A program made the translations under genes and the position numbers. This document shows positions 1 through 21,854 of a stretch of DNA of 64,000 nucleotides, piece by piece. Below the pieces are notes generated by a model. It saw only the letters and a list, made by a program, of their open reading frames with translations. It was not told the origin of the DNA and made no database searches. Source of the DNA: Gordius albopunctatus (taxonomy: Eukaryota); contig OZ193909.1 in assembly GCA_964276515.1 (NCBI GenBank), positions 17,298,001 to 17,362,000 of the forward strand, read 5' to 3'. The first letter of the stretch is position 1, and each line of letters opens with the position of its first letter.

Positions 1-587
1 CTATTGGGACAGTATTCAAATATGATCATCGAATAAATTATGGAAATGAAATATATAGTTCCTAAATCCTAATTAATAAAGGTAAGATTATAATGAGAAG
101 AATATTCACACATATTTTTAATTTAGATTGTTGATTAAATATAAATATTAACGTAACGTAAATAGTAATAATCCTTTTTTTTGTTATACTTTCTTTGATA
201 TTAATAAAAGGAAATATTATTAAAAATTACTATATTGCATATTGTTAAATAATTAACCTTAATATTATTTTATTAAAATCTTACTTGACAAAGACTAGGG
301 GAATTTATTGACTCGCAAATTAAGTTTCACATTTATCATATTGTCTGATTTTATTACCTTCGGCAAGAAAGAGGGCCAAGCTTAAATATACATAAATTCA
401 ATTAGCTAGACTTTTATGGAGTCAGACGCACTTGATAGAACTTATAATCATATAATTTTTTTATATTACTTTTAAATCTTTAGATATAGATAAGGGCATA
501 AGTATTTTTCTTCAGTTAAAAGGCTATGATTGTTTATAGCATTTTGCTTCTTTGACCATACATTACCAGGGGATTGTTTTTTTGCAA

Positions 588-1036
588 ATGAGTGGATTAA
601 ATAAGTTATTCCAACTTAAAATTATTTATCGTAAATTTGTTTTTAATGTGCAGAATTTGGCAGATTATGAGCTGCGGGTATTAAGAAGTAAAAAGCCGGT
701 AGTTGTTGATTTTTATGCAAAGTAAATGCAAACCGTTATCATTAATGATTGATAGTTGGTGTGGGCCTTGCAAAATTTTGGGACCACGGTTAGAAAAAGA
801 AATTGGGAAGCGAGAAAAAGATATATCTCTTGCTAAAGTTAATGTAGATATTCTTACAGACCTTGCAGATCAATATCAGGTATTCTTGTGTATTAGAGAT
901 TACATATTTTAAGGTCTCAGCACTACCCACTGTAATTGCTTTTAAAGATGGAAAGGAAGTTGATAAATTTATGGGAGTTAAAGAAGTAGATTTTGTAGAA
1001 AGTTTTATAAAGAAAGTGGTTGAGGGACCCAATTAG
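588..1036 (+). CDS. TXN2: Thioredoxin, mitochondrial-type (TXN2-like), 3 exons
   Basis: Exons 588-721, 756-879, 914-1036 joined by two 34-nt GT-AG introns give MSGLNKLFQLKIIYRKFVFNVQ...KKPVVVDFYANWCGPCKILGPRLEK...LADQYQVSALPTVIAFKDGKEVDKFMG...N*. WCGPC active site, cis-Pro motif, and a short basic N-terminal extension typical of TXN2. Confidence 0.9.
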
Positions 1037-1484
1037 TCTATACAACTTTTTCTTTATACTTATTTATACAATCATAAATGGGTGGCTTAAATTGAGTATA
1101 GTGTTAATATCTCTCGCTATATATACTGTTATATGAATTATGAGATTGAGAAAAAGGTTATGTTTACATAAATCCATTAGATTTAGTTTTAATTTGAAAA
1201 TAAATTTGTGAAAAACTATTACAACTAATTAAATAATTTTAAATGCTTATTAGGGGTCTATAAAATTCTTAATTTATTAGAGAAAATAATTTTATTTAAG
1301 CTAGGGCATTATATATAATGATACACCAATTTATATCAACTACCTAATTGATAAACTCTTTGCAAAAAAACTCAATTGGCTAAATCTGAGCAAGCATAAA
1401 CCATGAGTATAAAATGGTTAAACTTAATAAAAAACAGAGGCTGATTGCCATCAAAAATTTTATTGCAAACTTCTAAAGATAATA

Positions 1485-10925
<9,441 letters not shown>

Positions 10926-10961
10926 CTAATGATGAAACATGGGTTTGGATTTAAACTCATG

Positions 10962-13043
10962 TAGAAACGAGGTCGGTATCGTTCTAAGTGAATCGTTCAA
11001 GGAAAAGGTGGTGGAAGTCAAGCGTTGTTCCGACAGGCTAATATGGGTGAAGAATGCAGATCAAGGAGGCCTCCCTAACATTTATGTGCGCGTATGCTCC
11101 CCAAATTGGGTGTTCGGAATCAGATAAAGACACATTCTTCGATTCATTGGAAAAGAAAATACAAAAAATCCGATAGGAAGAAAGGCTAATTATTGGGGCA
11201 GATTTCAACGCTCACGTTGAGAAAGATCGCCTCGGGTATGAAGGCAATCATGGAGGCTATGGGCATGGTCTGAAGAACAAAGAAGGGGAAAAACTTCTCC
11301 AAGTATACCAAGCATATGACATAGCGATCGTTAACACCTATTTTTAAAAGCGCGAAGATCATATTGTGACCTATAGAAGTGGGAAGAATTTTAGTGAAAT
11401 CGACTATTTGCTTATACGGCGAAAGGACCTATGGGGTATCAAGGATTGCAAAGTGATACCGGGAGAAGAAATCGCCAGGCAACATCGTCCCCTTGTTATG
11501 GATCTTGACAGAAGAGTATTTCCCGAAAGAAGAAAGGTATATGAACCTCGAATTCGATACGAAGGGATAAAGGATACGTCGACGAACAAAGAATACCATC
11601 AAAAAGCCTTCTCACTCTTGGATGCAAGGAAATTGCAAAGGGACGTAGACGACGATTGGGAGACGCTATCTAAAGACATAAAGAAAACAGCGATTTGTGT
11701 TCTAGGACAGACCAAAGGAGGCAAAGCTATGAATAAGGAACTATGGTGGTGGGATCAATCGGTTAAAGATTTCATCGAAAGAAAGAAAAATCTATATAGA
11801 CGGTGGCATAAATCAAAAAAGTCGGAGGATTATCAAGAGTACAGGTACGCAAAGAGGGCCGCAAAAAAGGCCGTTGCAAAAACGAAGAATGCCGCGTACA
11901 CCGAGATGGCAAACAAACTGTATCATAAAGGGGGCGATTGGCTTATGTACAAATTGGCCAAGATAAGGGAGAAAAAAAGTCGCGATGTCGGAGTTCTTAA
12001 AATAGTCAAAAGAGAGAAGGGTCAAACCTTATTCAAGCCGAAAGAAGTGATGGAAAGGTGGAAAGGATATTTTAAGAAACTTATGAATATTGCAAACGAC
12101 AAGGATTACCTTCCCGAAATTGAGCCAAATATAAATATGGTCAAACTCTTTCAGGAGGATGAAGTTAGGACACAAATGAACAAGATGCAAAAGGGAAAAG
12201 CAAATGTTCCAGATGGAATACCTATGGAAGCATGGCTCGGATGTCGTGAAGAAGGAGTCACCACCATGACGAACCTCCTTAACTAGATATTGGTAGAAGA
12301 GCGAATCCCTAATCAATGGAGAGCAAGTACGATTATACCATTATTTAGAGGCAAAGGAGACCCTCAGGACTGTGGCAATTACAGAGGTATCAAGCTAACT
12401 TGCCACTCCTTGAAGCTTTTGGAAAGGATCTTAGTAACAAGGCTGAAAAGCGAGGTGGAAATATCGGCTAATCAATTCGGATTCGTGACCGGAGAAGTCA
12501 ATGCCCGGACCGAAAAAGGATGGCTTAAATGGCGAAGTATATCCGGTGTAATGTGTGACAAGAAAATGCCAATATGGTTGAAGAGCAAAGCATACAAATC
12601 CATCGTAAGACCGGTGTTACTCTATGGAAGTTAAACATGGGCATTAAAAACCACGGAATTAAAGCTATTACAAGCCACAGAGATGAGAATAATACGGTGG
12701 AGCTTGGGGTATACTAAACTCGACTATATGATGAATGACTTTCTCATGAGAAAAATGGGTATTCAATTTATGGCGGACATGATTAACCAAAATCGGCTAA
12801 GGTGGTATGGGCATATACTAAGAAGGGATACGGATGACGTAAATTGAAAATTACTGGACATGGAGATACCGGGGAAGAGAGGAAAAGGACGACCCCGTGT
12901 CACGTGGAAAGGACAAGTCGATAAAGTTATGGAAACTAAAGAGATTAGTCAAGACATGGCACTCACCCGGTCAAGATCGAAGAAACTTATCAAAACAAAC
13001 CCCACCAATGTGGGACCAAATAACTGATAAAGAAGAAGAAGAA
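10962..13043 (+). mobile_element. RTE-clade LINE, 5'-truncated, with internal deletion of the RT core
   Basis: APE remnants (RNEVGI, GADFNAHV, SEIDYLL, QHRPLV), WWW motif, DCGNYRGIKL..QFGF fused directly to the post-RT GWLKWR..PVLLYGS, RLRWYGH, GKRGKGRP; 3' (AAG)n tail at 13030-13043; several stops and frameshifts. Flanked only by ATG/ATG. Confidence 0.92.
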
Positions 13044-14136
13044 ATGATTTATGCTTACCTATGTTGTTAAAATACAACAATATAAAATTTGTATTAACTT
13101 GCGAATCATTTTTATTTAGTAAAAATATTTTATAATTTTCATAATCTACTGCCGCCTCCCAACAATCTAAAACTTCAGAAATTTGGTGAAATGTAACCTA
13201 CTGGTCTTACTTTTTAACGTCTAGAAGACATATAACTTATTTACACCTATCAAATATCAACAGATAACTTTAAATATTTTTTAATTACGTATTTAAGGAA
13301 CGAACCTTATTTAAAAAATATGAAATCATAAAAAAGAATCTTTCCAACAAGAATGTATATGCGATTAAACTTGCATAGCAAATTAAATATTGTTTCTCTA
13401 AGCACTATAAAAGGGATCAGGTTTAGGAGTTTAAGAAAATGAAAAACCGGCTGAGATTCAGTGGTGGAGTTATCGAGTTCCAAAAAACAGACTTAGCTAT
13501 TATTTTATTTGTAAACGTTAATTCACTTTCTTCAAAGCTATGGCCTTGACCTAACATTCTGGCAACAATAAAATTGAAAGAGAGGGTAGCTCTGCAATTT
13601 TTACTTGATTAAATTGTCAAGCCAATTTTTAATAATTGCAACTGAGCTGTTCATCCGAAACAATTGCCTTCTATATTAATTTAATGAATTTCAAAAAAAG
13701 GGATTTAGAAGGGGGGGGCAGCTTCTCATCCCTGCCCCCTCCCCCAAAGCCAACGCCCATGTCTATAAATATTGACTTTCTGATGTATCCCGTGATCTGA
13801 CAAATAATTCTTATAGAGAGTTTTAGTCTGAACAATAATATATTTTTAGTTTTTCCCTTAATCGTCCAAATCTCGTAATAAATGAGGCTAAAGGTACAAA
13901 AAATGGCCTTTTTAATGTGATGTTCTATTCCTACGCCATTTTGTATTTATATTTAATAAAGTTTATATAATCTTATAGACCATTTATTGGTCCATAGGAT
14001 CAGAATCTTATTTTTTTGCCTAACCCATTACTTTTGATTTTATCCACGTTTATCTAACGTTCCTCCAAGCATTAAAATTCATCCCACTCCCACTATGGCT
14101 GGGAAAATAGATTACATTATAGTGCATACTACATAC

Positions 14137-14805
14137 GATAAAGCGGTTATTGAAGTAAAAATAAAGTTTGATAATTTTTAAACAAATAGTTAAAGAGGGT
14201 CCAAGGCCCAGGCCCACCCAAGAGAGAAAACCTGGCCCCATGCCCCCCCCCCCAAGGGAAAAATCTTTTGGCCCCTGGCCCTTCAAGCAATTTTTTATAT
14301 TTTTTTGTTTATTTTTCTCCTTATTTAACGCGCAAAAAATGACAAAATTAGATTTTTTAATTTATTTAGCCACACAGGGAGACACGACCGTCCTATAATA
14401 ATAATAATTTACGTGAAAAATAAGCAAAAAATTTGCCATTTACCCGAGTGTATTAAATTATGTTGGAATTTTAGGGCATATTTGATGATAAAGCGGTTAT
14501 TGAAGTAAAAATAAAGTTTGATAAATTTCAAACACATAGTTAAAGAGGGCCCAAGGCCCAGGCCCATCCAAGAGAGAAAACCTGGCCCCATAGTAGAGCC
14601 CTGCACGGGTGACCCGAAACCCGACCCGTCCGAAGAACTGAGATATATCAACATTTATGGGCACTTTGTTAATTATATTTTCATTTTTCTCCTTATTTAA
14701 CGCGCAAAAAATGACAAAATTAAATTTTTTAATTTATTTAACCACGCAGGAGAGGACACGATCGTCCTATAATAATAATAATTGACGTGAAAAATAAGCA
14801 AAAAA
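14137..14805 (+). repeat. ~350-bp direct duplication with different central segments
   Basis: gataaagcggttattgaagtaaaaataaagtttgataa...cgtgaaaaataagcaaaaa occurs at ~14137-14430 and ~14486-14805. The second copy carries a hAT end (tagagccctgcacggg) where the first has a C-rich segment. Confidence 0.8.
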
Positions 14806-15061
14806 ATGACTTTGATTCATGGGCGTACCTCTCCCCCCCTAATTTAAAAAAAATAATTTTTCAATACAAAAACCCTTAAAAATTATGTTTTGCCCTGCCC
14901 CCCCCCTAATTAGCTAAGGAAGGGCAGAAAGGGCGGTTGCCCCCTCCTAATTAGTCAAGGGAGGGCGGCTACCCCCTGCGGGTCTCATGAAAAATTTAGG
15001 AATTTAGTAGTCGAAGACCTTTTTTTTGCTCTCAGGAAAATTTTTGGATAGTCGAGAAAAC

Positions 15062-15092
<31 letters not shown>

Positions 15093-15710
15093 AATACATA
15101 CATACATACATACATACATACATACATACATACATACATACATACATACATACATACATACATACATACATACATACATACATACATACATACATACATA
15201 CATACATACATACATACATACATACATACATACATACATACATACATACATACATACATACATACATACATACATACATACATACATACATACATACATA
15301 CATACATACATACATACATACATACATACATACATACATACATACATACATACATACATACATACATACATACATACATACATACATACATACATACATA
15401 CATACATACATACATACATACATACATACATACATACATACATACATACATACATACATACATACATACATACATACATACATACATACATACATACATA
15501 CATACATACATACATACATACATACATACATACATACATACATACATACATACATACATACATACATACATACATACATACATACATACATACATACATA
15601 CATACATACATACATACATACATACATACATACATACATACATACATACATACATACATACATACATACATACATACATACATACATACATACATACATA
15701 CATACATACA
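15062..15710. repeat. Microsatellite: (TA)n followed by ~155 units of (TACA)n
   Basis: Directly visible; one TAAA interruption near 15091; ends in the palindromic junction tacatacatgtatgta. Confidence 0.99.
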
Positions 15711-16587
15711 TGTATGTAAGGGCTAAATTCTGAAACTACCGGCCCGATTCGCACGAAACTTTACCCCTAGGTTCCCAGGGCGACCAGGGGTAAAATAGCT
15801 TTTTCAGATTCCTAAAATTCCTTTTAGTTTTAAAAATATAGGCCTTTTAGTTTTAAAAAATGGCTTAATTCTAAAACTATCGGCCCGATTCGCACGAAAA
15901 TTCAGCCGTAGATGCCCAGGGATTCCAGGGGTAAAATAGCTTTTTCAGATTCCTAAAATACCTTTTCGTTTTAAAAATATCGGAAATTTACCGGCCAGTT
16001 TCATTTATAGCATCATATACAATAATGACGTCATACATACAAGGCTGAGGTTTTCTCGAATTAGATATTTAAAAGTATAATAAAAATGTTACAGTATACG
16101 GTCAAAATTATTGGGGTTTAACAAACTATTTAAATTAAATAAATAATATTTAAATTATTATCACGTGGTCGATCATAGAAGCATATTTTTAATAATTATC
16201 CATCCTTCAATTAATTATTTTATTATATTAAAGAAAATTGTATTTCAAATAAATCAGCTAACTAGAAAAATAAAATGATGGTATTATTGTATAATAAGTA
16301 ATAGAATTAATCCGCAATTTTTCCAAAAACATTTAATTTTAGTCGGATTTGATGACTAAAACAGAATTCGCATTTGGTTTGTCTTATTATATATATACTA
16401 AAAATAGTGGGTTCATAAAATCCACGACGTGATAAAATTCGTGCTCTAAATAAATATTATGGATATTTTATTTATTTGAATTATTATTTCATATATGACC
16501 CCATTTTAGATAAGTCTTATTAATAGGTTATACTTATTTAACTACTTAAGGACTGAGCCAAAACAACGCTTGGCCGGGCACAGCTAG
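15711..16587 (+). mobile_element. Non-autonomous Helitron-like element
   Basis: 3' terminus has hairpin gccaa...ttggc followed by cgggcacagCTAG|T. Two ~140-bp internal tandem copies (cggcccgattcgcacgaaa...gggtaaaatagctttttcagattcctaaaat) at ~15720 and ~15862. The 5' boundary is uncertain and may extend through the microsatellite to ~15006. Confidence 0.65.
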
Positions 16588-17043
16588 TTTATTATATTCA
16601 GTTGTTGTGTGGTTTTTTATCGTGAAATTTTACTTAAAACTAAATCGATAGAAATACAGTATCAAATAGACTTTAATTAATCTAACGAATTACATAGTAT
16701 ATATAACCTTGAAATAGAATTTCACTAAATATTATTTATTATTAAATTAATATATCAAAAATTGGCATCAATTTTATAATGAATCTTGAGTACCTTTATA
16801 AAATTGTTTGTTTGATATATAATCAAAAATGTCGTGCCCATAGTCCACAACTATTTAAATCGAAAAATATATATCACAAGATTATACCATTCATGAAAAA
16901 GTTCTAAAACCTATGCCCTTCATTATTTATACATAAGACATACAACTTGATAAAGTCTCCTAAAACTCTTGACTCCTAGCATTGCAAATCAGAGCGGTAT
17001 ATTTAATTACCAGTTTTCCATTCTTTCATATATATTATATATC

Positions 17044-18291
17044 ATGAATGTTAAATATAGTATATGGAGAATTATAGCTAGAGAGCCTTATTTTAACCAA
17101 TCATTTCAGTCTTGTTCACCATATGGCGACATCGGTTTATTTTATCAAAACCCTTTCCACTTGTTTAATAGCGTCTTAGCCATTGCGCTCGTTGTGTTTG
17201 GCATCATAGGGAATAGCTTAGGAATGTACGTTGCTATAAGAACCATGAATACTAAATGTGCATTAAAGGTAAAACAAATCGCCTCTACATCAGTAAGTCA
17301 ATTAGGGGTTGCCATTGTAAAATCAAGGAAGCAAAAACTTTTTTATAATGAATATATATTAGCATGGTTTTTTGGTATTAATTTGATAAACTCCATATTC
17401 CTCATCCCTACCCCAGCTATCGAATTGAATGCAAATGACAAAAACTCTAGATGGACTACTGCTAACTGGATAAAATACATAGCTCATGTCCATCACCCAA
17501 TGACCAAGGCATTCGTCAATTTTGGATTTTTAATATATGTCTTATATTTTATCAATCAAATGGTAGCCATTCGGCGACCCTTTCAATATCGCCAATTGAT
17601 CACATATTTTCGAATCAACCTAGCGTTGGGATTATGTTTTGCTTACTCTTTAGCCTGGTTCATTCCCATCTATAAATGGTTTGTGATATTAAATTCCAAA
17701 ATGTGTTCTCAAGACGTCATATCAAGCGATATGGCAAAATCTAAAGATATAATAGAGAAATACAACATAGTTTACTCATACAGAGCTCATATGTACGATT
17801 GGACATTAGGTAAACGATGGCATGTTTACCAAATTTGTCGGGAACTATTTGTACTTATCATTCCCTTTGCAATCGTATTGATATCCAAGTTTATGGTATG
17901 GCATTGGAGTCGAAGGGCGGTTAACTGTAGTAGCCTTTATGCAATTGATACATCCACAAAAAACGCTCCTTCAGTGTCGCATTTTAGTAGTTGTATGAAC
18001 AACGAGTCAAAATCAAATAAAAAATTTGCCGAAATGCGGCAACATAAAAGAACATTTATAGTGTTGACCATAGAACTTATTTTGCTCTTACTCCCTGTTT
18101 CTATATATCAAGGCCTATTAAATTGGTGGCCATCCAAGTTTCCTCGCAAAAACCTAGCCTTGATTTACACCTTTATGTTCCTCTTACAATCAATTTACGT
18201 ATCCTCTATCTTTTATATAAATCTGGCTTTTAACAAGTTCTATCGAAAACTTGTGTTTGTGGCAATCAAAAATATTGTATTTGACGGTTAA
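17044..18291 (+). CDS. Intronless orphan rhodopsin-like (class A) 7TM receptor
   Basis: Single ORF (open from 16969, first ATG 17044) with seven hydrophobic stretches, TM1 GIIGN, end-of-TM3 FINQMVAIRRPFQYR (DRY-equivalent position), TM5 IIPF, TM6 LLLLP, TM7/helix-8 FYINLAFNKFYRK. Confidence 0.8.
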   Translation: MNVKYSIWRIIAREPYFNQSFQSCSPYGDIGLFYQNPFHLFNSVLAIALVVFGIIGNSLGMYVAIRTMNTKCALKVKQIASTSVSQLGVAIVKSRKQKLFYNEYILAWFFGINLINSIFLIPTPAIELNANDKNSRWTTANWIKYIAHVHHPMTKAFVNFGFLIYVLYFINQMVAIRRPFQYRQLITYFRINLALGLCFAYSLAWFIPIYKWFVILNSKMCSQDVISSDMAKSKDIIEKYNIVYSYRAHMYDWTLGKRWHVYQICRELFVLIIPFAIVLISKFMVWHWSRRAVNCSSLYAIDTSTKNAPSVSHFSSCMNNESKSNKKFAEMRQHKRTFIVLTIELILLLLPVSIYQGLLNWWPSKFPRKNLALIYTFMFLLQSIYVSSIFYINLAFNKFYRKLVFVAIKNIVFDG

Positions 18292-20037
18292 AATTAATGT
18301 GAGTTTGTTTATGCTAATATCATCAAATGTATATGCTTCATTTTCCATTTAATTAGTTTTATATATCTCTAATGACATTCTGACTTCAACACCCTTTAAA
18401 TGTACTAAACAATAAAGATTTACGAAAAATGATTGGTCAATATTCAATTATAAGTTGTATGTTTGTGATTGTAAGTGTTTATTAGGTATTTACTTTATTC
18501 GTATTTACTATTATAAAGACGTATTTCTTTATTGCGCACAATTACTTTATCATAATATTTGGGTTACTATATTAATTTTTCCCCCAAAATAAACGTATTA
18601 ATACTTTCATCAATCTGACGATATAATATTATGGAAACAGTTATTAATAACTTACTTAAAATGAAAGTTATACCGATTTCGAAATTCAATATATGTTTAG
18701 CTTTTTAAAGTCCTTATGATATATATTTTGAAGTTTGTGCCAATGAAAGACACATTACTAAGCTTTACTAACAAAACTATGTTAAAATTACACATTTTTA
18801 AATAGATATTTTTTAGACGACCTATTCTTATTAAAGGACATCGTCAGATGGTTATAAAACAATAATTATAATATATATAACAAAATTTCCTAAAAATCTA
18901 TCCTTAAAGCCATCCCATGTTTCGGAAAATTTTAATAAAAATATAATATTCGAAGGTTACAAGGAATGTTAATTTGATAAAATAATAATTGCAATTATTT
19001 TATATTATAATAGCTTTTTATCAAATCGATAGATTAATAAACTGAAGAAAGTGTGCAAGATAGGGATTATAACTAAGGGTATAAAACTTTTGTTTCCCAC
19101 TAAAACATCCTTATAATTATTTTTTTAATAGCGTTTTTCTTAATGTTTGAACATCTTGACTCCCCTCCCGCACACTAGTAGGAGAGAAAAGGGTGATAAA
19201 TCTTACTCTTTAACTTACCATGTATATGTTTTCGCTACTCTTGCATTTGTGTTCGCCCTTTTTTATAATTTGGTGGGTTTTCTCATAAATTTGTCAATTT
19301 TTTGCAAATTTTAGATAAAAAACGCGTGGTCTAAATTTTAATATTATTGCGCGGAATTTTTTTAAAAAAAATGTTATTTTTGGAGTTCAAAATTATAAAA
19401 TTTTTGTAAGAAATTTGAATGAAATCTTTTTTAAGGTTTATTAAAAGATAATTTAGTTATTAAATTTTTTACATAAAACATACTTTATAAAATTGGTAAA
19501 AAAATTAGAATGAACAATTTATATAAACATTTTAATTTAAACCTTAAAAATATTTAAAAAATATAATAAAAATGTCACTCTAAATTTTTAACTTGCGATT
19601 AAGTTTTTTTGCTTTTTTTAAAATTGTTCATCCTTCAAAATATTTAGTAAAAAAATAGACAAATTTCTGACAAAAACCACTAAATTACAATCTTAAAATT
19701 TAAAAAATAACCGCGCAATAATTTAAAAATTTAGGGCACGTTTCTTTATCAAAAAAATTTGCCCCCCAAACGGCAAATTTCTAAAAAAAAACCACCAAAT
19801 TATAAAAAGGGGCGAACATAAATGCAAGAGTGGCGAAAACATATAGATGGTATAGCGTATCTCGTTTATTAAGGAACATAAAAGAAACAAGTGACGATTG
19901 TAATCATAATAACACGTTTAAATAGCCATTCGATTTACAACCAATTAACAATCAATTAACATTGCGTTTCAATTCGAACGCTCGAGGTCATGCCAATTAG
20001 GTAGATAGTATTTGCATACATTACATTACTCCCCCTT

Positions 20038-21231
20038 TTAAAGTTGCCCTCCATCGTATCGATCAGGTGGTTTGGATACCCTTTTGTGTTCTAGAATGTT
20101 TCGCTCGGACACCGCACCCTGGTCAATCGTTTTTCTTTCCCGTAACTGATCTCCGTGTTTCCTTCTTGTATTTCCGTCTATATTAACGTCATACGTAGTC
20201 GAACTTGTTTGGGCTTCTACAAGTCCTTCCCTCCATCCCGGACTTGTGTCATTATGTATCCACACCTGCTGCTCGGGTTCGAAGAATCTTTCTTGGGTCC
20301 ATCGGTTTTTATAGTACTTTTGTTTCCAGATTGATTCTTCAACCTTGTCGCGAGTCGTTCTTCTAAGCTGGTCTAGCGTCGTACGAATGCTTTGATTGAA
20401 CATCGCCTCAGCCGGGCTAATACCTGTAGTCACGTTTTGACTACTACGCATGCTCATTAATACTTGTAGTAAATTTAACGAGTCATTTACCCCCGACTTT
20501 TTATTCGCGTAGAACTTACTTTTAATAGTTCTAATATATCTCTCGGCTAAACCATTAGTTTTGGGGTGGTAGGGCGGTCCCGTAAATTGAACTATGCCAT
20601 TGTTTTTACAAAAAATTTTAAATTCCGTAGATTTAAATTGTGGGCCATTGTCACTGACAATATATCTAGGTAACCCAAAACGTGCAAAAATTGTCCTTAA
20701 ATTTTGGATAATTTTTGTTGAGTTTATCTCGCCTAGCACCATTACTTCGGGCCATTTTGTAAAAGCATCAATGCAAACTAACCAATACTTCTTATTGATG
20801 GGTCCCGCTAAGTCTATGTGAACCCTTTCCCAAGGCTTGTTAGGGACGTTCCAAGCGTATAGGGGTACCTCTTTAATGTTTGGTCGTTCTTCTTGGCAAT
20901 GTTTACAGGTATTAACGTATTTTTCTATGTCTACGTCAATATTATTCCAGTAAACATAGTATCTCCCTAATGACTTCATAGCCACGATTCCCGGATGACC
21001 ATCATGTAGAATTTTAAGAATATCTGGCCTTAATTTTTCCGGAATTATAAGTCGATCTTTATAAAATAAAAGATTATTTTCGAAAGAAATGTAATTTCTT
21101 AATTGCAGGTATTTTCGTACGTTATCGTTATTTGAAGAGCCTTGCCATCTATTTTTAAATTGCTCTATAACTTCTTTTAGTACAATATCTTTTATAGTTT
21201 CCTCTACAATATTTTTTCTATTCAAAGTCAA
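20038..21231 (-). CDS. Gypsy integrase region
   Basis: HHCC finger (LHDGHPG...CKHC) and DDE core (VHIDLAGP, SDNGPQF, NGLAERY). Confidence 0.9.
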   Translation of the reverse strand: MTLNRKNIVEETIKDIVLKEVIEQFKNRWQGSSNNDNVRKYLQLRNYISFENNLLFYKDRLIIPEKLRPDILKILHDGHPGIVAMKSLGRYYVYWNNIDVDIEKYVNTCKHCQEERPNIKEVPLYAWNVPNKPWERVHIDLAGPINKKYWLVCIDAFTKWPEVMVLGEINSTKIIQNLRTIFARFGLPRYIVSDNGPQFKSTEFKIFCKNNGIVQFTGPPYHPKTNGLAERYIRTIKSKFYANKKSGVNDSLNLLQVLMSMRSSQNVTTGISPAEAMFNQSIRTTLDQLRRTTRDKVEESIWKQKYYKNRWTQERFFEPEQQVWIHNDTSPGWREGLVEAQTSSTTYDVNIDGNTRRKHGDQLRERKTIDQGAVSERNILEHKRVSKPPDRYDGGQL

Positions 21232-21322
21232 ATCATCGATTTATTATAATTTAATTCTTCGTATATCATTATCTATGTTTAAATTATGAGGTGAATCCTT
21301 TGGGCATAACCGAGAAAGATCA

Positions 21323-21532
21323 GGAGAGGCATAGGCCCTTCTAGGGGAGGGCGTCTATAAATCTATGTTAGTCAAAAATAAACGAAAAAAAAAATTTTGC
21401 TTCACACTTTGGTCAATGGTCATTTTTGCCATTGGTCAGTAGCCAGCGGACGGGCAAAAGCTATATTATCAATGATACCAACAATAACTATATATTAATT
21501 TAAAGAAAAAAATTTCACTTTGGCCAATGGTC
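21323..21532 (-). mobile_element. HINE-like fragment inside gypsy pol
   Basis: gaggcataggcccttctaggggagggc and ggtcagtagccagcggacgggcaaaag match 32004-32031 and the 4170-4670 repeat unit. Confidence 0.75.
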
Positions 21533-21854
21533 TTAAATATTTCCTTGATTTCTCATCAAGTTCAAGTTGTAAAAAGGCATCTTTGAGGTCAATGATAGAA
21601 AAAATTTTACCTCCGGCTATTCTTTCAGCCACGTCGCTGAAAGTTGGTAAAATATCCTGATCTTTAGCCAAGTGTTGATTTATGGTTAAACGAAAATCAC
21701 CACATATACGCAGCTGCCCTGTTTTCTTCTTAACATTTACATTTGGCGTAGCCCATTTAATTGGCGTTAAAGTAGGATTAATTTTTTCAATGATGTCTTC
21801 GTTAAGTAGCCGTTGGAGTTCATCTTCTACAGCTTGTCGTAGTGGAAACGGTAC

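Noticed and set aside
14050..14700. Paired proline-rich ORFs
   Set aside because: They arise from GC-rich MITE subterminal sequence within a local duplication.
14985..15754. Four ~240-aa ORFs (MYVC/HTYI repeats)
   Set aside because: They are translations of the (TACA)n microsatellite.
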